64,000 nt of DNA from an uncultured Candidatus Saccharibacteria bacterium (GCA_963717595.1 CAVQWH010000001.1:470266-534265); one strand, 5' to 3'; positions 1 to 9,093 are shown, numbered from the stretch's first letter. Notes: a model not told the origin generated them from the sequence alone. A program made the numbers and translations.

Positions 1-1
1 A

Positions 2-229
2 GAGCTTATTGAAAGTATTGTTCTTAAAACCCTTGAAAAATGTGTGGCTAAAAACGAAGATCTTGAAGACGAAGAAGTTGATGATACTCAACAAGGTGGA
101 TTGGTTACGACGGTAAAAAAATCATCCGTAAGGCAAGCAACACTAAGTGATGCCATTGTTCATAATCGATTGATTAGTAAGATAGCTCTTGAGCTATGTG
201 GTTTCAATGTTTCGCTTAGCCTAAACTAA
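2..229 (+). CDS. 3' end of a gene that starts upstream of the window (acidic tail, unknown function)
   Basis: Frame 2 is open from base 2 to the stop at 227-229. Track ORF 44..229 is only the part after an internal GTG. Confidence 0.35.
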   Translation, partial: ELIESIVLKTLEKCVAKNEDLEDEEVDDTQQGGLVTTVKKSSVRQATLSDAIVHNRLISKIALELCGFNVSLSLN

Positions 230-268
230 GGCCCTTATTTCACTGTTCACCTGCTATAATGCTTATGA

Positions 269-1198
269 ATGATTACTTATTACTATAAAAGTGTGGGAAC
301 GGATGAGTTAGAGGTCCTTGATAAAAGTAGGGCCGGTTGCTGGGTCTGCGTAGAAAAGCCAACCAGCGAAGAGATTGATGAGTTAGTAGCAAAATTTGAC
401 CTTGACCCAGGCCACATGAGCGACGCCCTTGATGAAGACGAAATGCCGCGCCTGGAAAGTGAAGAGGATAATCTATATGTCTTTTTGCGGTACGCTTATG
501 TCACTGACGATCTAGAGCTTACAACCGCACCGCTTTTGTTTGTGGTAACTCCCAAGGCTTTAATTAGTGTAGCGTTTTATAGCTTGCCTCGTCTACAGAA
601 CTTTACTAGTGGAAAGTTAGAATTTTCTACTACTCAGCGCACAAAGTTATTGTTACAAATTTTCCATCAAGTAGTCGATCAATACGAAGTTTATATAAAC
701 AATATAGGCAAGCGCATTAAAGGGATTCGCACCAGGCTGCGAACTCATGAGATAGTTAACCAAGACTTCATTGATTTTGTGACAATTGAAGATGAGCTTA
801 ACGAGTTCTTATCTGGCCTTCAGCCGACTTCAGCAATTTTGAACCGTTTGATGATGGGTAAGCGTCTTCCGCTTTATCGCCAAGATGAGGACCTGATAGA
901 AGATTTACTACTTAGCAACGAACAATCTATGAATGCTTGTAGCAGCCACATAAAAAGTATTACTAGCATACGAGAGGCGCACACTACGATTGCTAGCAAC
1001 AACTTAAACCGCATAATGAAAATCTTAACTGCCGCTACAGTTATTCTTGCGTTACCTAATTTATTCTTTGCCATGTATGGCATGAATGTTGCATTACCCT
1101 TCCAGCATGCGTGGTGGGCTTATTTTGGGGTTATTGGCACTACTATTTTAGTGGTGTTAATAGTGTTTATTATCGCCAGAAAAAAACAATTCTTCTAG
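269..1198 (+). CDS. corA: CorA-family Mg2+/Co2+ transporter
   Basis: 309 aa with two C-terminal TM helices and the YGMN signature (FAMYGMNVALPF). Confidence 0.9.
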   Translation: MITYYYKSVGTDELEVLDKSRAGCWVCVEKPTSEEIDELVAKFDLDPGHMSDALDEDEMPRLESEEDNLYVFLRYAYVTDDLELTTAPLLFVVTPKALISVAFYSLPRLQNFTSGKLEFSTTQRTKLLLQIFHQVVDQYEVYINNIGKRIKGIRTRLRTHEIVNQDFIDFVTIEDELNEFLSGLQPTSAILNRLMMGKRLPLYRQDEDLIEDLLLSNEQSMNACSSHIKSITSIREAHTTIASNNLNRIMKILTAATVILALPNLFFAMYGMNVALPFQHAWWAYFGVIGTTILVVLIVFIIARKKQFF

Positions 1199-1274
1199 CT
1201 AATTTGCGTCAACTGGGCCGTTCGTTGTATGCTTATGCTTAGATAGCATTTAAATTAATAAAAGGATTCGATTT

Positions 1275-1866
1275 ATGGGATTTTTTCAAAAAATGTTTGG
1301 CGGCAAAGGAAATGACCAAGGCCAGCCATCTGATCAGTCTGACACTTCATCTTCGCAAAGTAACTCTTCACCGGACTTAGGAGCGCCTTCAACAGAGCCT
1401 TCTGCCGCAGCTCCGTCTCCTGATATTACCCCAACAACTCCACCTACAGATAATCAATTTTCTGCCGGAGAGTCACCTGTAGATGCACCGAATGATGTAT
1501 CCGCTCCAGCAGCACCATCAGCTCCATCTGATATTTCGTCACCTAATCCGGATATTGCGACTCCAGGACAAGATACTTTCGCCCCCAAAGCTCCAACTCC
1601 TGACTTGTCTAATAACCCTGATTCAAACAGTGACTTTGGAGTAGGTGATAGCCCAAGTAGTGGCCCTGAAATGCCAAAGCCTGAAGAATCTCCAGAACCA
1701 TCTGGCTCTATGCCTGAGCCTACTTCAGCTGACTCTGGTGCCTACCACCGATGGGCTACCTAAGCCACCTGAACCTCCTGTGTCTCCAGCTGATCCTGGC
1801 TCCGATTCCGGGGACGCTCCGGATGGCAACGCAGTAGACGAAAAAGACAGTCCTCAAATTAACTAA
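1275..1866 (+). CDS. Pro/Ser/Asp-rich low-complexity protein with an apparent +1 frameshift
   Basis: ORF 1275..1763 and overlapping ORF 1645..1866 both read as P/S/D-rich. The second frame continues LVPTTDGLPKPPEPPVSPADPG. The frame switch lies somewhere in 1690-1760. Confidence 0.5.
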
Positions 1867-1900
1867 CAATACCTAATTAGTAGATTAGGCTAAAAAAGCC

Positions 1901-1929
1901 TTGACTTGATTTGACGCTTTTGCTAAGCT
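1901..1929 (+). promoter_or_regulatory. sigma70-like promoter (TTGACT-17-TAAGCT)
   Basis: TTGACT at 1901-1906, a 17-nt spacer, then TAAGCT at 1924-1929. It sits upstream of a leader hairpin (1943-1968) and the small ORF at 2001. Confidence 0.4.
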
Positions 1930-2000
1930 AGTCTTTGTGTTTCGCGCTAAAACTGTAGTTTTGGCGCGTTGTACATTTTTATAACAACAGAGGAGGATGC

Positions 2001-2093
2001 ATGCCAATTACTGTTCGTAAAGCGCCAGGTCGCGCTAAGCGAGTTCAGGTGGACGTGGTGCCAGCCGAATGGCAAACCTACATAGCGCACTAA
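2001..2093 (+). CDS. 30-aa basic small protein (MPITVRKAPGRAKRVQVDVVPAEWQTYIAH)
   Basis: ATG is preceded by AGGAGG (1991-1996) and the TAA is followed directly by a strong terminator. It is below the ORF-track size cutoff. Confidence 0.35.
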   Translation: MPITVRKAPGRAKRVQVDVVPAEWQTYIAH

Positions 2094-2095
2094 AT

Positions 2096-2127
2096 AAAAA
2101 AGAGCTGTTTTGATAACAGCTCTTTTA
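2096..2127. terminator. bidirectional intrinsic terminator
   Basis: 9-bp stem agagctgtt (2101-2109) / aacagctct (2115-2123). An A-run lies 5' and a T-run 3', between convergent genes. Confidence 0.7.
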
Positions 2128-2142
2128 AAATTGTTTTTCTAT

Positions 2143-2843
2143 TTATTTTTGCGAAGGCAGTTTCTGGCCGCTGGCTTTAATTGCCTTTATAAGATCTTGT
2201 TCAAGCGGTTTAGTGTTACCTTGAACAGCATCTCCTGTAGCGCTGGATATCTTCTTGCCATTTAATACTAGAGTAGGCGTGCCGGCGACGCCAATTTTCT
2301 TGCCCAGAGCTTCGTCAAAGTCTATCTTATAAAGTACCTTTGAACTATCTAGGTCTTTAGCAAATTTATTAATATTAAGCCCCAGCTGCTTAGCGTATTC
2401 CTTAAAATGTTTAGTTCGTTGGCTAGGGTTGTCGTTTGCCCAAGAGTTTTGATTTTCGTATAGTTTATCGTGCATTTGCCAAAACTTACCTTGTAATCCA
2501 GCCGCTTCTGCTGCAGCCGCAGCTGCTTTAGCATTAGGGTGCAAGGACGTGAGAGGAAAATCTCGATAGACAAAGCTTACTTCATTTTTATATTTTTCTC
2601 GTAAAGGCGTTAGGTTAGGGTATAAAGACCCGCAAACAGGACACTGAAAGTCACCATATTCTACTAAAAGCACTTTTCCAGATTTCGTGCCAAAAACATG
2701 GTCAGGTATCTTCCCCTCTTTAGTGAGAATTTTGTCAGGATTTACATTAGAAACGTTTACTTGGTCCGTTTTTTTGTGACTATTAAGCCACCGATGACTG
2801 CTATACAAATTAGCGCAAAAATAATCCAACGAGTTCTTGTCAT
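2143..2843 (-). CDS. DsbA-like thiol:disulfide oxidoreductase; signal anchor separated from the domain by a frameshift in a poly-A tract
   Basis: CPVC active site (FQCPVCG). ATG at 2843 has a perfect RBS (AAGGAG) and encodes the TM anchor MTRTRWIIFALICIAVIGGLIVTKK. That frame is 1 nt out of frame with the domain ORF at the A7 run (plus-strand T7, 2769-2775). Confidence 0.75.
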
Positions 2844-2899
2844 ACCTAGCTCCTTATTGCTTTTGCTAAATACAATCATACCATGCTAACAGCATTTAC

Positions 2900-3859
2900 A
2901 TGTACAATAGCTATATGACAAATTTTACATATCTAGCCGATGTGTTGGCTTGGATTATTTTTTTGCTTGTGCATGCCGCCAAGCCGGGGCGTAGTACCCT
3001 AAGCCAATACGAATTAAATCGTTTAGCAAAGTCTGGCGATAAACACGCCCAGTCTCTTATAGATCGCAACAAACTTTTACCGGGGGCAATACTTCTAAAG
3101 CGCTGGCTGCTAATAATTCTAGCTACTTTGGTTGTATGGCTTACGGTTACTATAAACGGCTGGTTTTTTGGTATAGTAATCAGCGTTTTAGTTATAGTGC
3201 TAGCAGACATTTTATCTAGGTGGCAACTTCTGTCGGGGCTATCCAGGAAATACTGGTCTAAGCTAGAACCTCAGTTGCTTTTATTTATTCATAGATACGC
3301 TAACTGGCTGGTAAATTTAGGACCCAAAGAACACGCTAGTAATGTGGCTGTTCATTCCCAGCAAGAGATGGCTCATGTTATTGACTCCAGCCATATATTT
3401 AGCGAGGAGCTTAAAAATCACCTGCAAGCTAGTCTTATGTTTGGCGATAGTGTAGTAAGTGATATTATGCTCCCGCGCGCCGACACGGAAGCTGTAGATC
3501 AAAACGATACCTTGGGGCCAGTAATTTTAGATAACTTGCATAAATCCGGCTATCGTTACTTTCCTGTTGTAGATAAAAACATGAATCATGTTGTTGGAAT
3601 TTTGCATCTGGATAAACTAGTGGGCGATATGCGCAAATCCCATACTGCTAAAAAAGTTATGGATCCGGTAGTAAACTATATTCACGAGACTCAATCGCTT
3701 TGTGAAGCCCTGGAAGCTTTCTTGCGTACAGGACAACATTTACTTATAGTAGTAAATAAGTCAAAGAAAACTGTAGGAGTTATTACGCTAAAATCTTTAC
3801 TTGAAAAATTAGTGGGGCGTAAACTAGAAAACTTAGAGGCAATTAGCGATCAGGATTAA
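2900..3859 (+). CDS. membrane protein with C-terminal CBS pair (CNNM/HlyC-CorC-like)
   Basis: N-terminal TM helices followed by a CBS-pair-like region (VSDIMLPRADTEAV...VVGILHLDKL...VGVITLKSLLEKL). Confidence 0.65.
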   Translation: MYNSYMTNFTYLADVLAWIIFLLVHAAKPGRSTLSQYELNRLAKSGDKHAQSLIDRNKLLPGAILLKRWLLIILATLVVWLTVTINGWFFGIVISVLVIVLADILSRWQLLSGLSRKYWSKLEPQLLLFIHRYANWLVNLGPKEHASNVAVHSQQEMAHVIDSSHIFSEELKNHLQASLMFGDSVVSDIMLPRADTEAVDQNDTLGPVILDNLHKSGYRYFPVVDKNMNHVVGILHLDKLVGDMRKSHTAKKVMDPVVNYIHETQSLCEALEAFLRTGQHLLIVVNKSKKTVGVITLKSLLEKLVGRKLENLEAISDQD

Positions 3860-3865
3860 ATTAAA

Positions 3866-5173
3866 ATGAGAACCCTAGCGATTGATTTAAAAAATGAAGT
3901 TGGCAAAAAAGCCAACATAGAAGGCTGGCTGCATAAAAAGCGCTTGCTTGGCGGTCTTACTTTCATTAACGTTCGCGATCGCAGCGGCTTAGTGCAGGTG
4001 GTAGTAGAAGGTAAAAGTGAAGTTGAAAAACTTCGCGGTATGCAAATAGGCACAGTTCTTTCTGTAAAAGGCGAGGTTGTGGAAGAGAAGCGCGCACCCG
4101 GCGGTGCTGAACTTCACAATCCCAAGCTGGAAATAATGGTACCAGTTACCGACGAACCGCCTATTGAGATTGATAAACCGGTCCCACATAAATCTGAAAA
4201 TCTCGACACTCTTTTTGAGTATAGAGTGCTCAATGTCCGTAATCTTCAAGAACAAAAGATTTTCAAAATTCGGGCTAGTCTACTGCGCAACTTACGAGAA
4301 TTTCTTTATGAAAATGATTTTATAGAAATAAATACGCCTAAGATCTTAGCCGAAGCAACTGAAGGTGGAGCAGAAGTTTTTAAATTAGATTACTTTGGCC
4401 AAGAAGCTACGCTAGCTCAAAGCCCGCAGTTTTATAAGCAAATTATGGTAGGTGCATTTGAACGGGTTTTTGAAATTGCTCCGGCCTTTCGTGCTGAACC
4501 ATCCGCCACCACTCGTCACATGAGTGAGGTTTATATGCTGGATGTTGAGATGGGGTTTGTAAAGGATCATGATGAAGTGCTAGATATGGTCGGGAATATG
4601 ACTTCACATGCTTTGAAAAAAGTTTATGAAAAGCATGCCAGTGACTTAAAATCTCTTAACGCCCCAGAACTTAAACTTACAGATAAAGTACCTAGGATTC
4701 CGGTTGCGCAAATCCACGAAATGTATACTAAAGCTACAGGTAAAGATACGACTAAGGAAAAGGATTTAACCCCTGATGAAGAAAAGTGGATTTGTAACTA
4801 CGCTCGCAAAGAGCTCGGGTCTGATTTAGTTTTTGCTACTGAATTTCCAGTTCACGCGGCTAAGTTTTATCACAAAGTTGACGCCGAAAAAGGCGTGGTA
4901 ATGTGGGGGGATTTACTTTTCCGCGGTATCGAAATTGCGACCTGCCCATTGCGTGAACAGACTTACGAAAAGATGATCGAACAAATGACCAAAGCCGGTT
5001 TAGATGTTAGCCACCCGGGCTATAAATATTATCTTCAAGCTTTTAAGTATGGCCTGCCTCAACACGGTGGCTGTGGCTATGGCATTGATCGCTTAGTGGA
5101 AAAAACTTGCGGTCTAGCCAATGTAAAAGAGGCCACTCTTTTCCCACGTGATATAAATCGTCTTACACCCTAG
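3866..5173 (+). CDS. aspS: aspartate--tRNA ligase, class IIb archaeal/eukaryotic type
   Basis: 435 aa. OB-fold N-terminus GWLHKKRLLGGLTFINVRDRSGLVQV, motif 2 FRAEPS, motif 3 GGCGYGIDRL. Confidence 0.85.
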   Translation: MRTLAIDLKNEVGKKANIEGWLHKKRLLGGLTFINVRDRSGLVQVVVEGKSEVEKLRGMQIGTVLSVKGEVVEEKRAPGGAELHNPKLEIMVPVTDEPPIEIDKPVPHKSENLDTLFEYRVLNVRNLQEQKIFKIRASLLRNLREFLYENDFIEINTPKILAEATEGGAEVFKLDYFGQEATLAQSPQFYKQIMVGAFERVFEIAPAFRAEPSATTRHMSEVYMLDVEMGFVKDHDEVLDMVGNMTSHALKKVYEKHASDLKSLNAPELKLTDKVPRIPVAQIHEMYTKATGKDTTKEKDLTPDEEKWICNYARKELGSDLVFATEFPVHAAKFYHKVDAEKGVVMWGDLLFRGIEIATCPLREQTYEKMIEQMTKAGLDVSHPGYKYYLQAFKYGLPQHGGCGYGIDRLVEKTCGLANVKEATLFPRDINRLTP

Positions 5174-5210
5174 GGCTTGTATATAAAAATATAAATTCTA
5201 CACTGGGGCT

Positions 5211-5612
5211 ATGATTGCTCAGGAAGATGAACTTGGTTGTGGTGTAGCTTGTGTTGCTAATTTGCTAGACATATCTTATGCTCAAGCATTACAGCTTTTT
5301 GATAAACCAGAAAATGCAAAAACTAAAGGTTTTAAATGTAAGGAAATTATGGCTGTTTTGCAAAAAAGTGGTATAGGCGCGAGCTACAAATACCTAAAGC
5401 CGCGATTGAAAAGCAAGATTTATCAGCCAGGTGTGATTGTACTTATTGCCGTTAATAAAAAGTATCCATTCGGACATTATTTACTGCGTACTAATCACGG
5501 TTGGCTAGATCCATGGGTTAATATTCACTCAAGCCAAAATGTACAAAAAGCAAAAGCAGGCTATAGAAAACGCCTGCCTGGGAAGCCAATTTATGCTATC
5601 TTAACTAAGTGA
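5211..5612 (+). CDS. stand-alone C39-like (papain-fold) cysteine peptidase domain protein
   Basis: N-terminal GCGVACVANLL catalytic-Cys context and a later FGHYLL His context. 133 aa. Confidence 0.55.
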   Translation: MIAQEDELGCGVACVANLLDISYAQALQLFDKPENAKTKGFKCKEIMAVLQKSGIGASYKYLKPRLKSKIYQPGVIVLIAVNKKYPFGHYLLRTNHGWLDPWVNIHSSQNVQKAKAGYRKRLPGKPIYAILTK

Positions 5613-5634
5613 AATTTTTGGAGGTAGTCTGACT

Positions 5635-5675
5635 GCGGGGTGCGGTAGCCCCTGAAAATGAGGCTACCGCACCGC
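5635..5675. terminator. GC-rich stem-loop between convergent genes
   Basis: 11-bp stem gtgcggtagcc (5640-5650) / ggctaccgcac (5662-5672). Confidence 0.55.
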
Positions 5676-5681
5676 AAGCTT

Positions 5682-6110
5682 TTAAGCTTCGACCTGAGGG
5701 GCGTTGACGCACACCTCGACATTGCAATCCTCGCGACTTCCGACCTTGATCTGGAAATGACGGAGTGCGAACTCGTCTTTTGACGGGTCAAGAAGAGCCT
5801 TCTCGATCGCCTTGTGTGCGCTGCCCAGCTTGGCCGTGCCGTCGTGCGGCACAACCAAGTCGAATATCTCGTACTCGCGTCCTAACATATCCGCATCGGT
5901 CGGGTGGACGGGGTAATATCCACCTTCGCGACATTCGTGCACGAAGCGGTTGATCCATTCGAGCGTGCTTTCAGCTTCCTCCCAGAGGCAAGCAGTCTCA
6001 AGGATTATAGCTCTAATTGCGATGTCGCGCGGAACCGAATTCACGACCAGAGCTTTGCACCCAGCCCTACGAATCCTATCGAGCACTGCGGTCACTAAGA
6101 CCACCTCCAT
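5682..6110 (-). CDS. GC-rich orphan protein, 142 aa, unknown function
   Basis: ATG is preceded by AAGGTG. Codons are GC3-rich (34/60 G+C in line 5761-5820). The gene has its own consensus promoter and a stem-loop. Confidence 0.6.
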   Translation of the reverse strand: MEVVLVTAVLDRIRRAGCKALVVNSVPRDIAIRAIILETACLWEEAESTLEWINRFVHECREGGYYPVHPTDADMLGREYEIFDLVVPHDGTAKLGSAHKAIEKALLDPSKDEFALRHFQIKVGSREDCNVEVCVNAPQVEA

Positions 6111-6142
6111 GTTGTACGCACCTTGTATTAGGTGATATAAAA

Positions 6143-6170
6143 ATTATAACCTAATTCACACCGCTGTCAA
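6143..6170 (-). promoter_or_regulatory. consensus sigma70-like promoter (TTGACA-16-TATAAT) for the GC-rich ORF
   Basis: The minus strand reads TTGACAgcggtgtgaattaggtTATAAT (plus-strand tgtcaa 6165-6170, attata 6143-6148). Confidence 0.55.
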
Positions 6171-6211
6171 TTTATGAGATATGCTAGAATATAATAAATA
6201 TAGAATTAAAT

Positions 6212-7408
6212 ATGAAAAAACACAAAGTATTAATAGTCGGTGGTGGGTTTGGCGGTGTAAAAACTGCTCAAAGCTTATCTAACCAGACAAATTTTGATGT
6301 AACCTTACTTTCCGATCGAGAGAATTTTCGCTACTATCCAACACTTTATCATGTTGCTACTGGTGGCAGATATGCCAATGCTAGTATTCCGTTAAATCAC
6401 TTACTTAAAGCTTCTAATATAAATTTAGCCAAAGGTGAGGCGGTTAAGCTGGATCGTGAAAACAAGATAATCGTTACGCGTGATGGTAAAAAGTTTGCTT
6501 ATGACACTTTGGTGCTAGCCCTTGGTGTGGTTACTAATTATTTTGGGATAAAGGGGCTAAAGGAAAATTCATTTAGTATTAAAACTCCTGAAGACGCCAG
6601 CGAGTTTAAAGCTCATTTACACGAACATCTTTTAAGCAAACACCCTGAAGATTCACACTATGTGATTATTGGCGGTGGGCCGACTGGTGTGGAGCTGGCC
6701 GGTGCTTTGCCACATTATTTGCAGGCTGTTATGAAGAAGCATAATATCAAGTCTCCTAAACGAAAGATTTATTTGGTTGAAGCTGCTCCGCGATTGTTGC
6801 CACGCTCTCCTAAACTTACATCTAAAGTCGTACGTCGTCATTTAAGAAAGCTGGGCGTCATAGTGCAGACAGGCAAGGTAGTGCAAGGAGCCACTGCAGA
6901 CGGTTTATCGGTAAGTGGCCGTTCGCTTAAAAGCCATACTGTTGTGTGGACAGCCGGTGTTACTAATCATCCGTTTTTCAGTGATAATAAATTTGAGCTG
7001 TCAGATCGTAAGCGTGTGGTGGTTGACGACTATCTACGAACTGAAAAAGACATATATGTTATTGGCGATAATGCCGATACGCCATACAGCGGTCTTGCAC
7101 AAACTGCTCTTCGCGATGGTGCATTTGTAGCAAAAAATCTCAAATGTTTAGTAGCAGAAAACCCCCCCGTTAGCTATAAGCCTAAGAGGCCAATCGTAGT
7201 TATTTCTGTAGGCCCACGCTGGGCAAGTGTTGAATGGGGCAAGTTACAATTGTTTGGATGGATTGGTTATTTGATGCGAGAAGCCGGCGATTGGGTGGGG
7301 TTTCATGATTATGAACCATGGCAAAAGGCTACCAGCCAATGGCTCACTGGTTTTGGCGAAGAAGAGAATTGCCAAGTCTGCGCAGTAGCTGATTCTAAAA
7401 AAGCTTAA
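6212..7408 (+). CDS. ndh: type II NADH dehydrogenase (NDH-2)
   Basis: 398 aa with two dinucleotide-binding motifs (VLIVGGGFGG, VIIGGGPTGVE) and GDNA near the C-terminus. Confidence 0.85.
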   Translation: MKKHKVLIVGGGFGGVKTAQSLSNQTNFDVTLLSDRENFRYYPTLYHVATGGRYANASIPLNHLLKASNINLAKGEAVKLDRENKIIVTRDGKKFAYDTLVLALGVVTNYFGIKGLKENSFSIKTPEDASEFKAHLHEHLLSKHPEDSHYVIIGGGPTGVELAGALPHYLQAVMKKHNIKSPKRKIYLVEAAPRLLPRSPKLTSKVVRRHLRKLGVIVQTGKVVQGATADGLSVSGRSLKSHTVVWTAGVTNHPFFSDNKFELSDRKRVVVDDYLRTEKDIYVIGDNADTPYSGLAQTALRDGAFVAKNLKCLVAENPPVSYKPKRPIVVISVGPRWASVEWGKLQLFGWIGYLMREAGDWVGFHDYEPWQKATSQWLTGFGEEENCQVCAVADSKKA

Positions 7409-7410
7409 CC

Positions 7411-7439
7411 TTGACAAGTTTCATGCTGTTTTGTATAAA
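7411..7439 (+). promoter_or_regulatory. sigma70-like promoter (TTGACA-17-TATAAA)
   Basis: TTGACA at 7411-7416, a 17-nt spacer, then TATAAA at 7434-7439. Confidence 0.5.
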
Positions 7440-7463
7440 ATAGTCTAAGCATAAGTTTTTGGG

Positions 7464-8045
7464 TTGGGTACTCAAAAAGCCGTACGTCAAATGTTCGGTA
7501 TGCTAGAAAATTACAACCAGCAGGAGGTAGTTTTGTCCTCTGAACCAATGGTATATGTGGACAGCACCTTGGTAGCTCATGCAGTAGCCAAGGAGTTTCA
7601 CGAGGCGGCAAAAGGTCATTCCAGAGATGGAAAGGTCGAGTTCTTCGGCAACGAAAGGTCGTTTAGTTGTCTGGTGAGAGCGGTCACCAGGAGGGTTGCA
7701 AATAAGCCAATGATCCAGATTGGCAAAAAATCTGAAATTCGGCGAAAAGTGAAACAATTTCTCCAGTTTCTTCAGGACAACAAGATTCTGGAAAATCCCA
7801 GCAGAGGTCGAAACAGCGGCAAATGGGTTTTCGTCCCGGCGCGCATGGACGCAGTTGAAGTAATCAGCGGCGATGATGTTCGAGATTTCGCTTCAGCGGA
7901 TTTGGCTTCCAGGCCCTCGCGGCGGAGAGCAAAGGTAGCCAAAAGGCATAAAAGAGAAGGCAGGAAAAAGGACAGAGTGCCTTATGTGAATGACTCCAGT
8001 CTTCACTCTCCTGTGGCACCCAAGCCATCACTCGGGCTGGTGTAA
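7464..8045 (+). CDS. GC-enriched orphan protein with Arg/Lys-rich C-terminus, unknown function
   Basis: Track ORF is 193 aa. The more likely start is the in-frame TTG 7533 (AGGAGG at 7522-7527) or ATG 7548. Line 7861-7920 has 33/60 G+C. Confidence 0.55.
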   Translation: MGTQKAVRQMFGMLENYNQQEVVLSSEPMVYVDSTLVAHAVAKEFHEAAKGHSRDGKVEFFGNERSFSCLVRAVTRRVANKPMIQIGKKSEIRRKVKQFLQFLQDNKILENPSRGRNSGKWVFVPARMDAVEVISGDDVRDFASADLASRPSRRRAKVAKRHKREGRKKDRVPYVNDSSLHSPVAPKPSLGLV

Positions 8046-8057
8046 TAGGGATGGGTA

Positions 8058-8101
8058 CCTGGAGCGCGGCTTTTCGCGCTCCAGGCTGCCCGCCCTTTTT
8101 T
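8058..8101 (+). terminator. intrinsic terminator
   Basis: 11-bp stem cctggagcgcg (8058-8068) / cgcgctccagg (8075-8085), followed by a T-run at 8096-8101. Confidence 0.6.
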
Positions 8102-8149
8102 AATTCAATAATTTATCTGTTACAATACTTATCGCAGATTTAAAGTTAT

Positions 8150-8224
8150 GGCCTCATCGTCTAACGGCTAGGACACCAGGTTTTCATCCTGGCAATCGGG
8201 GTTCGATTCCCCGTGAGGTCACCA
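8150..8224 (+). tRNA. tRNA-Glu (anticodon UUC)
   Basis: Cloverleaf read by eye. Acceptor ggcctca/tgaggtc, anticodon arm ccagg-TTTTCAT-cctgg, T-arm ggggttcgattcccc, encoded CCA. Confidence 0.9.
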
Positions 8225-8286
8225 TATGAGACTCGTCAGGTTACGACGTGTCTTTTTTAATCTATAAATATAAAATCTTTGGCCTA

Positions 8287-9060
8287 TTAGAGTTTTTTGC
8301 CGGTTACGATAGCCATACCTTTGTAGCCTTTGCGGGACTCTTGCTTGGCATTTACCTGGACTACCTGAACGTCGGCTTTATTTCTATAGACTTTTTTCAA
8401 GTCATCTACATTGACTGATACTGCTGGAAAAGAGGTGCCTTTGCCTGCATAGTAACCCTTTGACCCAAGCATGTGGGCAGCCATTATAAAACCCCCAGGT
8501 TTAACCGACTCAACAAACTTAGTTACTGCTTTTTCAAACTTTACGGGATCATCCGTGATAGATTCGGAAACGAAGTAAGCACTGATAGCGTCGTAAGTTT
8601 CACTAGGTAAGTCATATATACTGCCATAAATAACTCTGGCTTTATCTTTTACGCCCTGCAAAACTCCTTCCCAATCACTTCCGTAGCTGGCCATCTTATC
8701 TTCGAACTTCTCCCAAGCTCCTGCTAGCGGACTATTTGTATCAACATCTTCTAAAATGCTTTTTGCGTATTTTCTGTTGGCAGAACTAAACTCAATTAAA
8801 TCAATCTCTCCGCCTTCGTCCCTAGGCTTCACTAGTGGCGAAAGTAACATAGCCGGATATAAATTAGGTCCGGCACCGACGTCAGCAACTCTTTTTAGAG
8901 ATCTGGGTTTTATTCCTAATGAATGAATCGCTTTAATTACTTCTTGAATGATAAGCAGATCTTCATCTAAAATCTTTCGGCCATAATTTCGTTGCACATA
9001 CTCTTCTACCCCAAAGTCTTCCCATAGAGTGTAGTTAGACTTTACATTCTTGTTTGTCAT
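8287..9060 (-). CDS. class I SAM-dependent methyltransferase (NNMT/PNMT-like)
   Basis: Motif I VADVGAGPNLYP; 257 aa. Confidence 0.65.
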   Translation of the reverse strand: MTNKNVKSNYTLWEDFGVEEYVQRNYGRKILDEDLLIIQEVIKAIHSLGIKPRSLKRVADVGAGPNLYPAMLLSPLVKPRDEGGEIDLIEFSSANRKYAKSILEDVDTNSPLAGAWEKFEDKMASYGSDWEGVLQGVKDKARVIYGSIYDLPSETYDAISAYFVSESITDDPVKFEKAVTKFVESVKPGGFIMAAHMLGSKGYYAGKGTSFPAVSVNVDDLKKVYRNKADVQVVQVNAKQESRKGYKGMAIVTGKKL

Positions 9061-9093
9061 GAGCTTTTACGAATTATAGCATATCTAGCTTAG

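Noticed and set aside
5591-6135. Alternative ORFs in the first GC-rich insert (5591..5854 minus; 5765..5953, 5904..6098 and 5950..6135 plus)
   Set aside because: They overlap the 142-aa ORF, which alone has an RBS, a promoter and a terminator. They are typical GC-rich shadow frames.
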